From the NCBI GenBank assembly GCA_965263355.1, contig CBDHHL010000056.1, positions 1,280,001-1,344,000 of the forward strand: DNA of 64,000 nucleotides, in the 5' to 3' direction. Of the stretch, positions 9,806 to 19,035 are shown piece by piece. The notes beneath the pieces were generated by a model. It saw only the letters and a list, made by a program, of their open reading frames with translations. It made no database searches and was not told where the DNA came from. This DNA is from Leptolyngbyaceae cyanobacterium (GTDB taxonomy: Bacteria > Cyanobacteriota > Cyanobacteriia > Phormidesmidales > Phormidesmidaceae). The translations under genes were made by a program, and so were the position numbers. Each line of letters opens with the position of its first letter. Position 1 is the stretch's first letter.

Positions 9806-11923
9806 CTACTTCTTCAAGAACCACTGGGTAGGACGATAGGGATAGGCCCAATAGTAGTTATAGCTCTTAGCCGTAAATTCCTTAAAGTTACCCAGGTCAT
9901 TGCGGTGGTAAACCGGTTCAGCAGGGTTACCTACCGTACCAATAAACAAGAGATCCTGCTGAACAATATCAACAATCTCTTTACCCAAGGTGTCAGACTC
10001 AGGAGTACCCAGCGTGTACTGCTGGAACTCAGCCGACTTATCATCCAGCTCCTGCACCCAAGCAGGAGGCTCTAGCCCCTCAGCACCATCGGTTTCCAGA
10101 TACTTGGCCCAGAGATGACCGTTGCTCAGACCAAACTGATCACCAAAGGGAGCCACAAAGGGCTCACGGGAACCAACCAGTGTGGAAGAAGGATAGGACT
10201 TAGTCCAAGTCATCAAATCCAGGTCGTTAGCGACCTGACTCGCACGGTACTCGTCAGAGGTCACTTCCTTAAGTTGGACATTAATGCCAACATCATCCAG
10301 GTACTGGGCGAAGAGTTCGTGCATTTTAACAGGACCACCCTGACTGGAGTACTGCAGGTTGACTACTAGAGCACTGCCATCTAAGCGATCGCGTTTGCCA
10401 TCACCATCGGCATCCTCAAGCCCCATTTCATCCAGTAGAGCGTTAGCCTTATCAGTGCTGTACTCAGCCAGATAGTTTTTCTGCTCGTCGGTGACAAAGT
10501 TGACAGTACCGGGCTCAAAGGCAGTGTACTGAGCCGGTTCACCCAAGCCAAAGTACACCAGCTCATTCATCTCCTCACGGTTAAGTGCGTGGCTAGCTGC
10601 CTGACGGAAACGCAAGTCGCCAAAGATTTCCCGCAGACCTTCGTCCTTGTGGTTCACGTTAAAGGTGTATACCACCATAGATTCACCTACAGTTGGCACT
10701 ACATCCACTGTGTAGTCACCCTGCTCTTCATTCTGCTGTAGTACGGGAAGATCTTCACCAAAAACGGCCTGGGTCTTATAAACCGCTTCACCGTTAGAGA
10801 GCTTGAGGTTTTGTACTTCTTTTTCAGGGACGTATAGTTCGTCAATATTGCTGATGTAGGGCAGCTGCTGACCAGCAGTATCTACCTGGTGGAAGTAGGG
10901 GTTAGCCACCAGTTGACGCCCTTCAGTGGTGTCAGCAATCAGAATGTGGGACTCCAGCGTAGGCATAACAGGACGCTCTAAGGCTGCGGCCTTAGTCGCA
11001 TCCTTCAGCAAGGGAGAAGGTACATCTTTCCAGTCACTGTTACCGTAGTAGAAGTTTAGCGCCTCATCCCAGCTCTCAAAGCCAGCATCTTTAACATTTT
11101 TCTCTGCATTGGGGTCCACATCGGGGTGAAACTTACCCAGGAAGTGCTTAGGCAGGAAAGGCTGAGCGTAATCGGTGGCAAACAACGCCGTCAAACCAGG
11201 CTTGGCTTCAGCTAACGTAAAGGTAACGGTGGTCTCATCTACAGCCTCAACGGTCATGGGCTGACCCCCGACTAAGAAACGGTCGGGAGTCTCTTCGTAA
11301 ATAGTCTTATTAGAAATAACGTTGTTATACCAAAATGCCACGTCTTCAGCGGTGAAGGGCTGACCATCGGACCATTTGTGACCCTTGCGCAGATTAACGG
11401 TTAAGACGGTATAGTCATCGTTCCAGGCAAAGTCGCGGGCCACGTTGGGAACGATGGTCTGTAGGTCGTCAGCATAGCGGAAAAGGTTGACGTGACGTAC
11501 CGACAGTAGGTCAGATGTACCGGCTTCCGTTGCCTTGGAGAGACCGGTAAGGGTGCCACCATAGGCACCAATTTCGTTGTAAGGCATGACAACCAGGGGT
11601 TCTGCGGGCAGACGCTCACCCACAGCGGGTAACTTTTCGTTACCAACAATCTGTTCATTAAGAGCAGAGATTTCAGGGTTCTCACTAAAGGCCAGATCAC
11701 AGCTGCCAGCGGACTCAAGTTCGCTGAGTTCTAACTGTTGGGGGTAAGCTCCCTCAATGCCTTTTGCATCGGCTACGGTCGCCGTAGGACAGCCACCGTC
11801 AACAGTGGACGCGGTGTCAGAGGAAGAAGTACTGGTGGTGGTATCGGACCCAGTACCGCTACAGCCTACTAGGGTCAGGGCTAAGGCGGTAGCCAAGGTC
11901 GTTTTGGATGAGAAAAAGCGCAT
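9806..11923 (-). CDS. ABC transporter substrate-binding lipoprotein, family 5
   Basis: Lipobox LVGC; LPAVGERLPAEP, GGTL, PNVA, LRKGHKWSDGQPFTAEDVAF, NPYFHQVD..GQQLPYI, FRQA.S.ALNREE. Confidence 0.9.
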   Translation of the reverse strand: MRFFSSKTTLATALALTLVGCSGTGSDTTTSTSSSDTASTVDGGCPTATVADAKGIEGAYPQQLELSELESAGSCDLAFSENPEISALNEQIVGNEKLPAVGERLPAEPLVVMPYNEIGAYGGTLTGLSKATEAGTSDLLSVRHVNLFRYADDLQTIVPNVARDFAWNDDYTVLTVNLRKGHKWSDGQPFTAEDVAFWYNNVISNKTIYEETPDRFLVGGQPMTVEAVDETTVTFTLAEAKPGLTALFATDYAQPFLPKHFLGKFHPDVDPNAEKNVKDAGFESWDEALNFYYGNSDWKDVPSPLLKDATKAAALERPVMPTLESHILIADTTEGRQLVANPYFHQVDTAGQQLPYISNIDELYVPEKEVQNLKLSNGEAVYKTQAVFGEDLPVLQQNEEQGDYTVDVVPTVGESMVVYTFNVNHKDEGLREIFGDLRFRQAASHALNREEMNELVYFGLGEPAQYTAFEPGTVNFVTDEQKNYLAEYSTDKANALLDEMGLEDADGDGKRDRLDGSALVVNLQYSSQGGPVKMHELFAQYLDDVGINVQLKEVTSDEYRASQVANDLDLMTWTKSYPSSTLVGSREPFVAPFGDQFGLSNGHLWAKYLETDGAEGLEPPAWVQELDDKSAEFQQYTLGTPESDTLGKEIVDIVQQDLLFIGTVGNPAEPVYHRNDLGNFKEFTAKSYNYYWAYPYRPTQWFLKK

Positions 11924-11930
11924 GGTGCTT

Positions 11931-12821
11931 CTAGGATGTAGTTGTACGTGTTAACGGTTCGTTTGTAGGGGCGGGGGGCTGGTGCTGAGGTGAACGCTTG
12001 GGTGGAGCAGCTGTATAGCCAGGTACAGGAATGTCTGCCATGGCATCAGAGACGGTGATGCCAAGTAGGTTACAGAGGAGGGGCGCGATCGCAAGCTGAC
12101 TCAGCTCATCTCGATGTACCCCTGGTTCAAATCCAGAACCCAGGCAGAATAGCGGTGTTTCCCGTACATCCGGCAGCGGACCACCATGATTTTTATCAGC
12201 ATTCATGCCATGGTCAGCGGTAATTACAACGGTGTAACCAGCCGATTGCCAGCGAGGCACATATTGGGCCAACAGACTATCCATAGCGATGGTGCGATTG
12301 CGATACTCCGACGACTCACCGCCAAAACAATGGCCAGCGTAGTCAATCCCCATGGGATGCACCAACATAAAATCAGGCTGACAACCGAGCCTTAGCATCT
12401 CACCATCGGCAAACAAATGGGAGTCTGGATAATCGTCAGACCAATAAAACAGTCCATGCTGAATTGGCTGCCGAATATTGTGTTGTTGTCGTTCCGTAAA
12501 TGGATCAAAGGGCGACCCATTGTAAAGTTCACTAAACCAAGAGTAAGCAGCAGCAGCTGTTGTTAAACCATGGTTCACAGCCAAGTGAAACACACTTTCT
12601 TGATCAGATAGCCGCACCACCTCATTAGCCGTAATACCGCTAACAGATGTGGGCACCCCAGTCAACAACACTTCATATAATGGTCGAGATAGCGTGGGCA
12701 ACTCCGCCTTCACCTTGTAAAGACTAGCCTTTTTTATCTCCACCAAGTGAGTCAAGTATCCCATTGAGGTTTGAGCGACATCAAAACGCAAACCATCTAA
12801 AATAATGAGAATGACACCCAT
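11931..12821 (-). CDS. alkaline phosphatase superfamily hydrolase (nucleotide pyrophosphatase/phosphodiesterase type), no signal peptide
   Basis: LDGLR, LPTLSRP, D..GH, TADHG, HGG metal-binding motifs. Confidence 0.85.
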   Translation of the reverse strand: MGVILIILDGLRFDVAQTSMGYLTHLVEIKKASLYKVKAELPTLSRPLYEVLLTGVPTSVSGITANEVVRLSDQESVFHLAVNHGLTTAAAAYSWFSELYNGSPFDPFTERQQHNIRQPIQHGLFYWSDDYPDSHLFADGEMLRLGCQPDFMLVHPMGIDYAGHCFGGESSEYRNRTIAMDSLLAQYVPRWQSAGYTVVITADHGMNADKNHGGPLPDVRETPLFCLGSGFEPGVHRDELSQLAIAPLLCNLLGITVSDAMADIPVPGYTAAPPKRSPQHQPPAPTNEPLTRTTTS

Positions 12822-12946
12822 ACTTATGTCAGGCTGACAACAAAACAGTCTGCGGCAAAATTTGACATACTGCTCTTAAGATTTACCTTAAGGGTAGTGT
12901 GCAAGACAGAACTCCCTGCTCACACTAATACAGCTGATAGTTAGAT

Positions 12947-12976
12947 AGGTTAAAAGCGGGTTAAACTGTGGCTAAT
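12947..12976 (-). promoter_or_regulatory. Pho box (SphR/PhoB site), 3 repeats
   Basis: Minus strand ATTAGCCA-CAG-TTTAACCC-GCT-TTTAACCT, 11-bp period, matching the cyanobacterial PyTTAAPyPyW consensus, oriented toward the hydrolase/binding-protein genes. Confidence 0.7.
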
Positions 12977-12989
12977 AACAAGAGAACCC

Positions 12990-13706
12990 ATGCGCCAAGA
13001 TGCCTTACCCCTCTACCTTCAAATTGCTGACGAGCTGCGACGTAACATCGAAGAATCGGTGTTTAATGTCGGAGACCAGCTGCCAACAGAACTAGAACTC
13101 AGCAAACGGTTTGGGGTGCATCGTCACACCCTGCGACGGGCTGTAGACGTCCTACGGCAAGAAGGTCTTGTGGATGTGGAACGGGGGCGTGGCACCTTTG
13201 TGGTGGCTCCCATTGCCTTGCCAATTGGCAAGCGCGTTCGTTTTAACGAAGCCCTCAAAGCGCAGTCCTTAACCCCCACCTGGCAGGTGCTGCGAATTAT
13301 TGAAATCAAGGTTGATCCTAAGCTTTCAAAGCATTTGGAGTTAGAGTTGGGGGCACCTGTCGTTTTGTATGAACGTTTAGCACTGATTGACAATCTTCCC
13401 ATCGACATTAGCAGCAGTTACTTCCCTGGTGAGCGATTTCCACAACTCTCAACCCATTGTGAAACCTATCGCTCCATTTCCCAGATGCTGATGAAAGAAT
13501 ATAACTGTGACCACCTACGTCGGTCCACACGGATTTCTGCTCGGGTGGCTCGCCCCCGCGATGCTCGTCTGCTAAAGATGCCAGCCAACAGCCCCATTTT
13601 GTTGTCAGAGTCGATTAACGTCGATCAGTCTGGTACCGTCATTGAGTACGGCGTGACTCGTTTTCGAGGCGATCGCATGGAGCTGGTGATGGGGCACGAT
13701 GTGTAG
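12990..13706 (+). CDS. phnF: phosphonate metabolism transcriptional regulator PhnF (GntR/HutC, UTRA domain)
   Basis: PLYLQIA...LPTELEL...FGVHRHTLRRA...GRGTFV winged HTH; RVRF; EYGVTRFRGDR; adjacent to phnCDE. Confidence 0.9.
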   Translation: MRQDALPLYLQIADELRRNIEESVFNVGDQLPTELELSKRFGVHRHTLRRAVDVLRQEGLVDVERGRGTFVVAPIALPIGKRVRFNEALKAQSLTPTWQVLRIIEIKVDPKLSKHLELELGAPVVLYERLALIDNLPIDISSSYFPGERFPQLSTHCETYRSISQMLMKEYNCDHLRRSTRISARVARPRDARLLKMPANSPILLSESINVDQSGTVIEYGVTRFRGDRMELVMGHDV

Positions 13707-13839
13707 AGAGCCAGCAAGCGTTAGTAGTTTCAATCACATCGATTAGGATTTCAACGACAGGTTAAGACTCTTGGCTTAGGTGAAAGATCTACCCCTCAAG
13801 AGTTACAACAGATTATTGACAGAATCTAAACCTTTAACC

Positions 13840-13869
13840 CTTAACCTTTGCTTATCCAAATATTAATCT
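13840..13869 (+). promoter_or_regulatory. Pho box, 3 repeats, upstream of phnC
   Basis: CTTAACCT-TTG-CTTATCCA-AAT-ATTAATCT at 11-bp period. Confidence 0.75.
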
Positions 13870-13928
13870 ACCTTGGTTTATCTCTTAAGCTGCTAACGAT
13901 GACAATTACTAGTGGACGTTTCTAGTTA

Positions 13929-13946
13929 TAGATGTCTATACATCTA
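13929..13946. promoter_or_regulatory. putative PhnF operator
   Basis: Near-perfect palindrome TAGATGTCTATACATCTA containing the HutC-subfamily core GT-N-TA-N-AC, between the Pho box and phnC. Confidence 0.65.
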
Positions 13947-14072
13947 AAGGGAGCCCTCCGATTACTTTACTGATAATTGACCTGGACTAAAGGGGATTTC
14001 CTGATTGGATGTCATTTCGTATATGTCATCTCGCACAATCCGCACAAAGTTATTGAATCCGGCAGAGACGCA

Positions 14073-14906
14073 ATGCAATCAGTCGCAGAAGTTAATTCGA
14101 ATATGGCATCTACGCAGTCTGCTGTGCAGGTGATGGGTTTATCAAAGGCGTTTAAGGGACGGCCCGCTTTGCGGGATGTCAGTATGCAAGTTATTGCAGG
14201 TGAAATGGTCGCTCTAGTCGGTGCATCTGGCTCTGGAAAATCTACGTTGCTGCGCAATCTCAACGGGCTACAGCAGGCAGACAAAGGCAGCGTGGAAATA
14301 TTTGGCAACGTCTTACAGCTAGAGGGTGAACTCCATTCAAAAGCGCGTCAGATTCGTAGTCAAGTTGGATTTATTTTTCAGCAGTTTAATTTAGTGAACC
14401 GCTTGACAGCATTAGAAAATGTGCTGGTCGGTAATCTGTCTCAGGTCTCCCTGTGGCGTTCCTTGGTCCGCAACTTTACCAAGGCAGAAAAAATGCGCGC
14501 CTTGTCCGCCCTGGAGCGAGTCGGCATTTTAGACCAGGCCCATAAGCGGGCTTCGGCCCTCTCGGGTGGTCAGCAGCAGCGTGTTGCCATTGCTCGCTGT
14601 TTGATGCAGGGAGCCAAAATAATTTTGGCCGATGAGCCGATTGCATCCCTGGATCCAGACTCGGCCCGTAAGGTGATGGAACTATTAACCAGCCTGAATG
14701 AAGAACAGGGCATTACAGTGGTTACGTCACTGCACCAGGTGCAGGTGGTACAGCGTTATTTCAAGCGTTCCGTCGCCCTCCGCCAGGGTGAGGTTTGCTT
14801 TGATGGTTATACAGTTGATTTAGATGCAGCCCGCCTCAACAGCATCTATGGTTCAGCTGCTGAAGAGCTGGTAATGAGCGGTCACAGTGAGGTATTTACA
14901 AACTGA
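14073..14906 (+). CDS. phnC: phosphonate ABC transporter ATP-binding protein
   Basis: GASGSGKS, FQQFNLVNRL, LSGGQQQRVAIAR, ADEPIASLDP. ATG at 14073 preferred over the TTG at 13977. Confidence 0.93.
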   Translation: MQSVAEVNSNMASTQSAVQVMGLSKAFKGRPALRDVSMQVIAGEMVALVGASGSGKSTLLRNLNGLQQADKGSVEIFGNVLQLEGELHSKARQIRSQVGFIFQQFNLVNRLTALENVLVGNLSQVSLWRSLVRNFTKAEKMRALSALERVGILDQAHKRASALSGGQQQRVAIARCLMQGAKIILADEPIASLDPDSARKVMELLTSLNEEQGITVVTSLHQVQVVQRYFKRSVALRQGEVCFDGYTVDLDAARLNSIYGSAAEELVMSGHSEVFTN

Positions 14907-14989
14907 CACCAAGCTGACAACCGTTCATTGCCTGGGGTTCTCCCACACACGGTTACAAAAAACGGATAGGATCAAAGGAACACAAAATT

Positions 14990-16057
14990 ATGACTATTAA
15001 CTCCTTGCGTCGATTCGCATCTTTGCTGGCGGCTTCCACTATGATGGTCAGCACTCTAGCTGCTTGTAGCGGTGCTGGCGATGTTGTTGAAACAACAACT
15101 GATGCTGTAGAAGATGCAGCTACTGCAGTAACTGAAGGTGGCACTTGTGCTGCTGATATTAAAGAAATTGAGTTTGGTATTCTCTCCACTGAGTCTGCTG
15201 ACAACCTTAAGCCTAAGTGGGAGCCCCTTTTGGCTGATATGACTGATGCTGTGGGTCGTCCTGTTAAAGGTTTCTACGCCACTGACTATGCGGGTGTAAT
15301 CGAAGGTATGGGTGCTGGCAAAGTCCAGGTTGCTTGGTACGGTGGTAAGTCTTACATCGAAGCCGCTGAGCGTTCTGATGCTGAAGCCTTTGCTCAGACC
15401 GTATCTTTAGACGGTTCCAAAGGTTACTACTCTCACCTAATCACTAATAAAGAAAACCCCATTGTTGGTGAGATCGACCTTGAAGCAGGCGATGGCGACA
15501 AGTATGTGATTGAGAATGCGGCTGATTTAACCTTTGCATTCAACGACCCCAACTCCACCTCTGGATTCTTGGTTCCTACTTACTACGTATTTGCTCAGCA
15601 AGGTGCTAATGCTGACAAGATTTTCAAAGAGTTAGTATTTGCTGGTAGCCATGAAGCAACAGCTCTAGCTATTTCTGAGAATCAAGTGGACGTTGCAACT
15701 AACAATAATGAGAGCTTAGGCCGGCTCAAAGATACATCTCCCGATGCCCTTGAGAAGATTCAGATCATCTGGACCTCTCCCGTAATTCCCAGTGATCCTA
15801 TTGCTTATCGTAAGGATCTGCCCGATTGCTTGAAGGATTCCATCAAGGACTTCTTTGTTGGTTATGACAACCAGGAAGTCATGGAAGGGCTACAGTGGTC
15901 TGGCCTTGATGCTGCCAAGGATGAGGACTGGAATACTATCCGCGAGTTGCAAATCGCTAAGGACCTTCTAGAAGTTCAGAACGATGAGAACTTGAGCGAT
16001 GCTGACAAGCAAACCAAGCTAGATGAGCTTAACAAAAAGCTTGAAGCGCTGAAGTAG
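14990..16057 (+). CDS. phnD: phosphonate ABC transporter substrate-binding lipoprotein
   Basis: LAAC lipobox; FGILSTES, DYAGVIE, GYYS, DPNSTSG, GSHE, VATNN, IPSDP. Confidence 0.93.
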   Translation: MTINSLRRFASLLAASTMMVSTLAACSGAGDVVETTTDAVEDAATAVTEGGTCAADIKEIEFGILSTESADNLKPKWEPLLADMTDAVGRPVKGFYATDYAGVIEGMGAGKVQVAWYGGKSYIEAAERSDAEAFAQTVSLDGSKGYYSHLITNKENPIVGEIDLEAGDGDKYVIENAADLTFAFNDPNSTSGFLVPTYYVFAQQGANADKIFKELVFAGSHEATALAISENQVDVATNNNESLGRLKDTSPDALEKIQIIWTSPVIPSDPIAYRKDLPDCLKDSIKDFFVGYDNQEVMEGLQWSGLDAAKDEDWNTIRELQIAKDLLEVQNDENLSDADKQTKLDELNKKLEALK

Positions 16058-16066
16058 GGTGCCAAC

Positions 16067-16185
16067 TTAAAGCGGAAAGTTTTCCCAAGGATAGACGTCA
16101 GAAGTCAGGAGCCAGAAGCAATATCCCTGCTGAAGTCTGGCTCCTGGATTCTAGATTCCTACTTAACCAGAATTTTTCGGTTTGA
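16067..16185. repeat. small inverted-repeat element (REP/MITE-like) between phnD and phnE
   Basis: Inner IR CAGGAGCCAGA (16106-16116) / TCTGGCTCCTG (16136-16146); imperfect outer IR CTTAAAGCGGAAAG / TTTTTCGGTTTGAG. Confidence 0.45.
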
Positions 16186-16251
16186 GTGGATACTCCTTGA
16201 GTAAACTCTTTCACTGAAGATCTGAAGATCTTACTTTCCTGAAATGTGCGG

Positions 16252-16282
16252 CATAGGCAGCCCATAGGCTGCCTGTGTTTTC
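16252..16282 (+). terminator. hairpin/terminator after phnD
   Basis: CATAGGCAGCC-CATA-GGCTGCCTGTG followed by TTTTC. Confidence 0.6.
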
Positions 16283-16314
16283 TTAAGTTATGTTCAAGTT
16301 TTTCTATCCCAACT

Positions 16315-17244
16315 ATGTCTAAGTCGGTAGTTGCTTCCCAAACCTACGATAATGGTGTCGTGTCAGCTGACGTGATGCGGGTCTTGGCTGAAGAGAAAAA
16401 ACTGGTCACGCCTACGCGGATTGTGTGGTTGCTGGTTGCGATCGCAGTCCTTATCTACTCTGCCCAGGTCAGCGAACTGAGTTTTGGTGAGTTGTTCCAG
16501 GGTAGTGGCAATATGGCAGAATACATCTCTCGCTATTATCCTCCAGATTTCACCGATGCTGGTTTTCCCAAGTTTCGTCCCGAAAAATGTCCGACCTCGG
16601 ATATTGCCATGGGGTTGTTGGGGACCAATCAGCTACTTTGTATCCCTACTCAAGGCTATATTTTCGACATTATAGAAACCATTGGTATGGGGGTGTGGGG
16701 AACATTAATGGCTGCCATTGTGGCAGTCCCATTGAGTGTGGTTGCCGCTGAAAATATTGCGCCGTTGAGCTTAGTATTTATTGTTCGGCGATTTCTAGAT
16801 GCCATGCGTGCCATTAATGAAATTGTTTTTGCCCTGGTTTTTATTGTGGCAGTTGGTCTGGGGCCTTTTGCTGGTGTACTAGCATTATTTGTCCATACGG
16901 CAGGAACCTTGGGTAAGTTGTTTTCTGAAGCCATTGAAGCCATTGAGCCAGGTCCTGTAGAAGGCATTCGCTCAACAGGCGCTTCTAAATTACAAGAGGT
17001 TATCTTTGGTGTCCTGCCTCAGGTGATGCCTTTGTGGACGTCATTTACCCTTTATCGGTTTGAGGCGAATGTTAGATCGGCTTCTGTATTAGGAATTGTT
17101 GGTGCAGGTGGGATTGGTGTTTCACTAATTCAAAGTTTCCGTGGATTCAAATACGGAAAAGTTGCAGCTATTTTGCTGCTTCTCATCATTGCCGTAGGCA
17201 TTATCGATACGGTTTCATCTAAGATTCGCCAACGTTTAATCTAG
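16315..17244 (+). CDS. phnE: phosphonate ABC transporter permease
   Basis: ETIGMGVWGT, RAINEIV, GLGPFAGVLAL, GKLFSEAIE, YRFEANVRSASVLG.VGAGGIG. ATG at 16315 preferred because the upstream GTG frame crosses the hairpin. Confidence 0.93.
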   Translation: MSKSVVASQTYDNGVVSADVMRVLAEEKKLVTPTRIVWLLVAIAVLIYSAQVSELSFGELFQGSGNMAEYISRYYPPDFTDAGFPKFRPEKCPTSDIAMGLLGTNQLLCIPTQGYIFDIIETIGMGVWGTLMAAIVAVPLSVVAAENIAPLSLVFIVRRFLDAMRAINEIVFALVFIVAVGLGPFAGVLALFVHTAGTLGKLFSEAIEAIEPGPVEGIRSTGASKLQEVIFGVLPQVMPLWTSFTLYRFEANVRSASVLGIVGAGGIGVSLIQSFRGFKYGKVAAILLLLIIAVGIIDTVSSKIRQRLI

Positions 17245-17260
17245 AGGAAAAAAAGGTCTG

Positions 17261-17306
17261 GCTCCCCTTCTCCCAATCCTGGGAGAAGGGGCTGGGGGAT
17301 GAGGGC
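17261..17306. repeat. cyanobacterial short dispersed palindromic repeat
   Basis: CCCCTTCTCCCA-ATCC-TGGGAGAAGGGG-CTGGGGGATGAGGG between the convergent phnE genes; may act as a bidirectional terminator. Confidence 0.65.
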
Positions 17307-17464
17307 CTTCGATCATGACACAACTCTCCAACTTATGTATACACAGTAGACAAAATTAGGGGTTTTGATCAGGGGTTGAAAAATCTCAAATATGAGAAAT
17401 TACTAGCTGTTGAAACCTGTAGTTTCTTCTACGGTAAAGCTACAGTTCTGAGCCTAGACAAGGC

Positions 17465-18289
17465 TTAAATAATTCTCTTACGAATCACGCTGGATACCTG
17501 TTCGACGAGAAGAACAACCACAAAGATCACAATGATCACCATCAGGGCTTCGTCATAGCGCAAGAGTTGCATTGAGGTAGATAGCTCCACACCAATGCCC
17601 CCAGCCCCCACTAAGCCTAAAACCACCGCAGATCTCACAGAGGCCTCTAAGGCAAACAAAGTAGACGCAACAAATGATGGCAATGTGGTTGGGAAAATTG
17701 CCCCCATAATAATGCTGGCTTCTGACGCACCAATGGCCCTGAGTGCCTCGACGGGACCCGGTTCAATTTCCTCAATACGCTCAGCAAAGAACTTACCACA
17801 AAACCCCATGGTGTCTACGGTTAGGGCCATGATGCCAGCGGCTGGCCCTAACCCAACAACAATGATAAAAATAAGTCCCCAGATCAGGTCGGGAATCACT
17901 CGCAACAGAGTGACTAAACTGCGGCTTAGGGAAAATACCCAGGGATAAGGGGTGGTGTTTTTGGCCGCCAAAATAGAGAGAGGTAAGCTGAGTAACGCCC
18001 CAAAAACAGTGCCGACCAGGGCCATTTCAAATGTCTCTAGGGTGGAGCGAATGACACTACCTAAACGAGCTGGATTGGGGGGTAGGGCCTGATCTAGAAA
18101 GTTCCACAGACGAAAGAAACCTTGCCAAATTCTGTTGGGGGTTAGTTCACTAATCCATAGACCGTGGGTAAAAAATGCAAAACACACTAATATCCCGACA
18201 AATGCCAATGGTGACGGTTTTTGCCACCGGGGCGGGGCTGTGTGTGGAAAGGCTTCGTGCTCAGGCTGAGACGGGCTGGGATGAGTCAT
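17465..18289 (-). CDS. phnE: phosphonate-type ABC transporter permease (second system)
   Basis: ETFEMALVGT, RVIPDLIW, GLGP.AG, GKFFAE.IE, VRSAVVLGLVGAGGIG. Confidence 0.9.
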   Translation of the reverse strand: MTHPSPSQPEHEAFPHTAPPRWQKPSPLAFVGILVCFAFFTHGLWISELTPNRIWQGFFRLWNFLDQALPPNPARLGSVIRSTLETFEMALVGTVFGALLSLPLSILAAKNTTPYPWVFSLSRSLVTLLRVIPDLIWGLIFIIVVGLGPAAGIMALTVDTMGFCGKFFAERIEEIEPGPVEALRAIGASEASIIMGAIFPTTLPSFVASTLFALEASVRSAVVLGLVGAGGIGVELSTSMQLLRYDEALMVIIVIFVVVLLVEQVSSVIRKRII

Positions 18290-19022
18290 AGAGCCAGCGT
18301 AGTTCTTGATCAGTTAATTGATGGGTGGGTGCATCAATGTGCACCTCTCCGTTGCGCAAACCAATGATGCGGTTAGCATAGTCCTTGGCAAGATCTAGCT
18401 GATGTAAGGTGCAGACTACGGTGAGCTGACGCTCTTGAACAATTTCCCACAGCAAATCCATCACCTCTCGGCCTGACTTGGGGTCGAGACTAGCAACAGG
18501 TTCATCCACCAAAAGTAAACTTGGATCTTGCATCAGCATACGTGCGATCGCAACCCGTTGTTGTTGTCCACCAGAAAGCGTATCCACACGTTGTTTCGCC
18601 AAGTGGGCCAGATTAACCCGTGCCAAACACTGCATTGCCCGCTCACGTTCTAGCTGTGGTGCAGTGGCCGGAAACCAATAACGCGGTCCCTTACTACGCC
18701 CTAATGCCCCTTGCAAAACATTGTGAAACGCACTCAAACTAGAGACCAAATTAAAATGCTGAAAAACCATGCCAATTTGGCGACGCAGCTGTCTCAGCTT
18801 TGGGGCACTAGCAGTTTCAATTGCCGCATCTCCGATCTGGATGCTGCCCTCAGCAAACGTCTCTAGGCCCACAATACAACGCAGCAGTGTAGACTTTCCA
18901 GAGCCGTTCGCCCCTAACAGCACAATCCCCTCTCCTGGCTGAGCCGAAAAACTCACATTTTTGAGAGCAATTGTGCCATTGCCATAAGTTTTCGACAATT
19001 GACGAACGGCTAGGGAAAGCAT
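18261..19022 (-). CDS. phnC: phosphonate-type ABC transporter ATP-binding protein (second system)
   Basis: GANGSGKS, FQHFNLV, LSGGQQQRVAIAR, DEPVASLDP. Confidence 0.88.
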   Translation of the reverse strand: MLSLAVRQLSKTYGNGTIALKNVSFSAQPGEGIVLLGANGSGKSTLLRCIVGLETFAEGSIQIGDAAIETASAPKLRQLRRQIGMVFQHFNLVSSLSAFHNVLQGALGRSKGPRYWFPATAPQLERERAMQCLARVNLAHLAKQRVDTLSGGQQQRVAIARMLMQDPSLLLVDEPVASLDPKSGREVMDLLWEIVQERQLTVVCTLHQLDLAKDYANRIIGLRNGEVHIDAPTHQLTDQELRWLYDSSQPVSA

Positions 19023-19035
19023 CAGTTAATCCCCC

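Noticed and set aside
9328..9839. ORFs 9328..9570, 9336..9557 and 9627..9839
   Set aside because: Off-frame or antisense readings over the cupin pseudogene and the structured RNA; no protein-like features.
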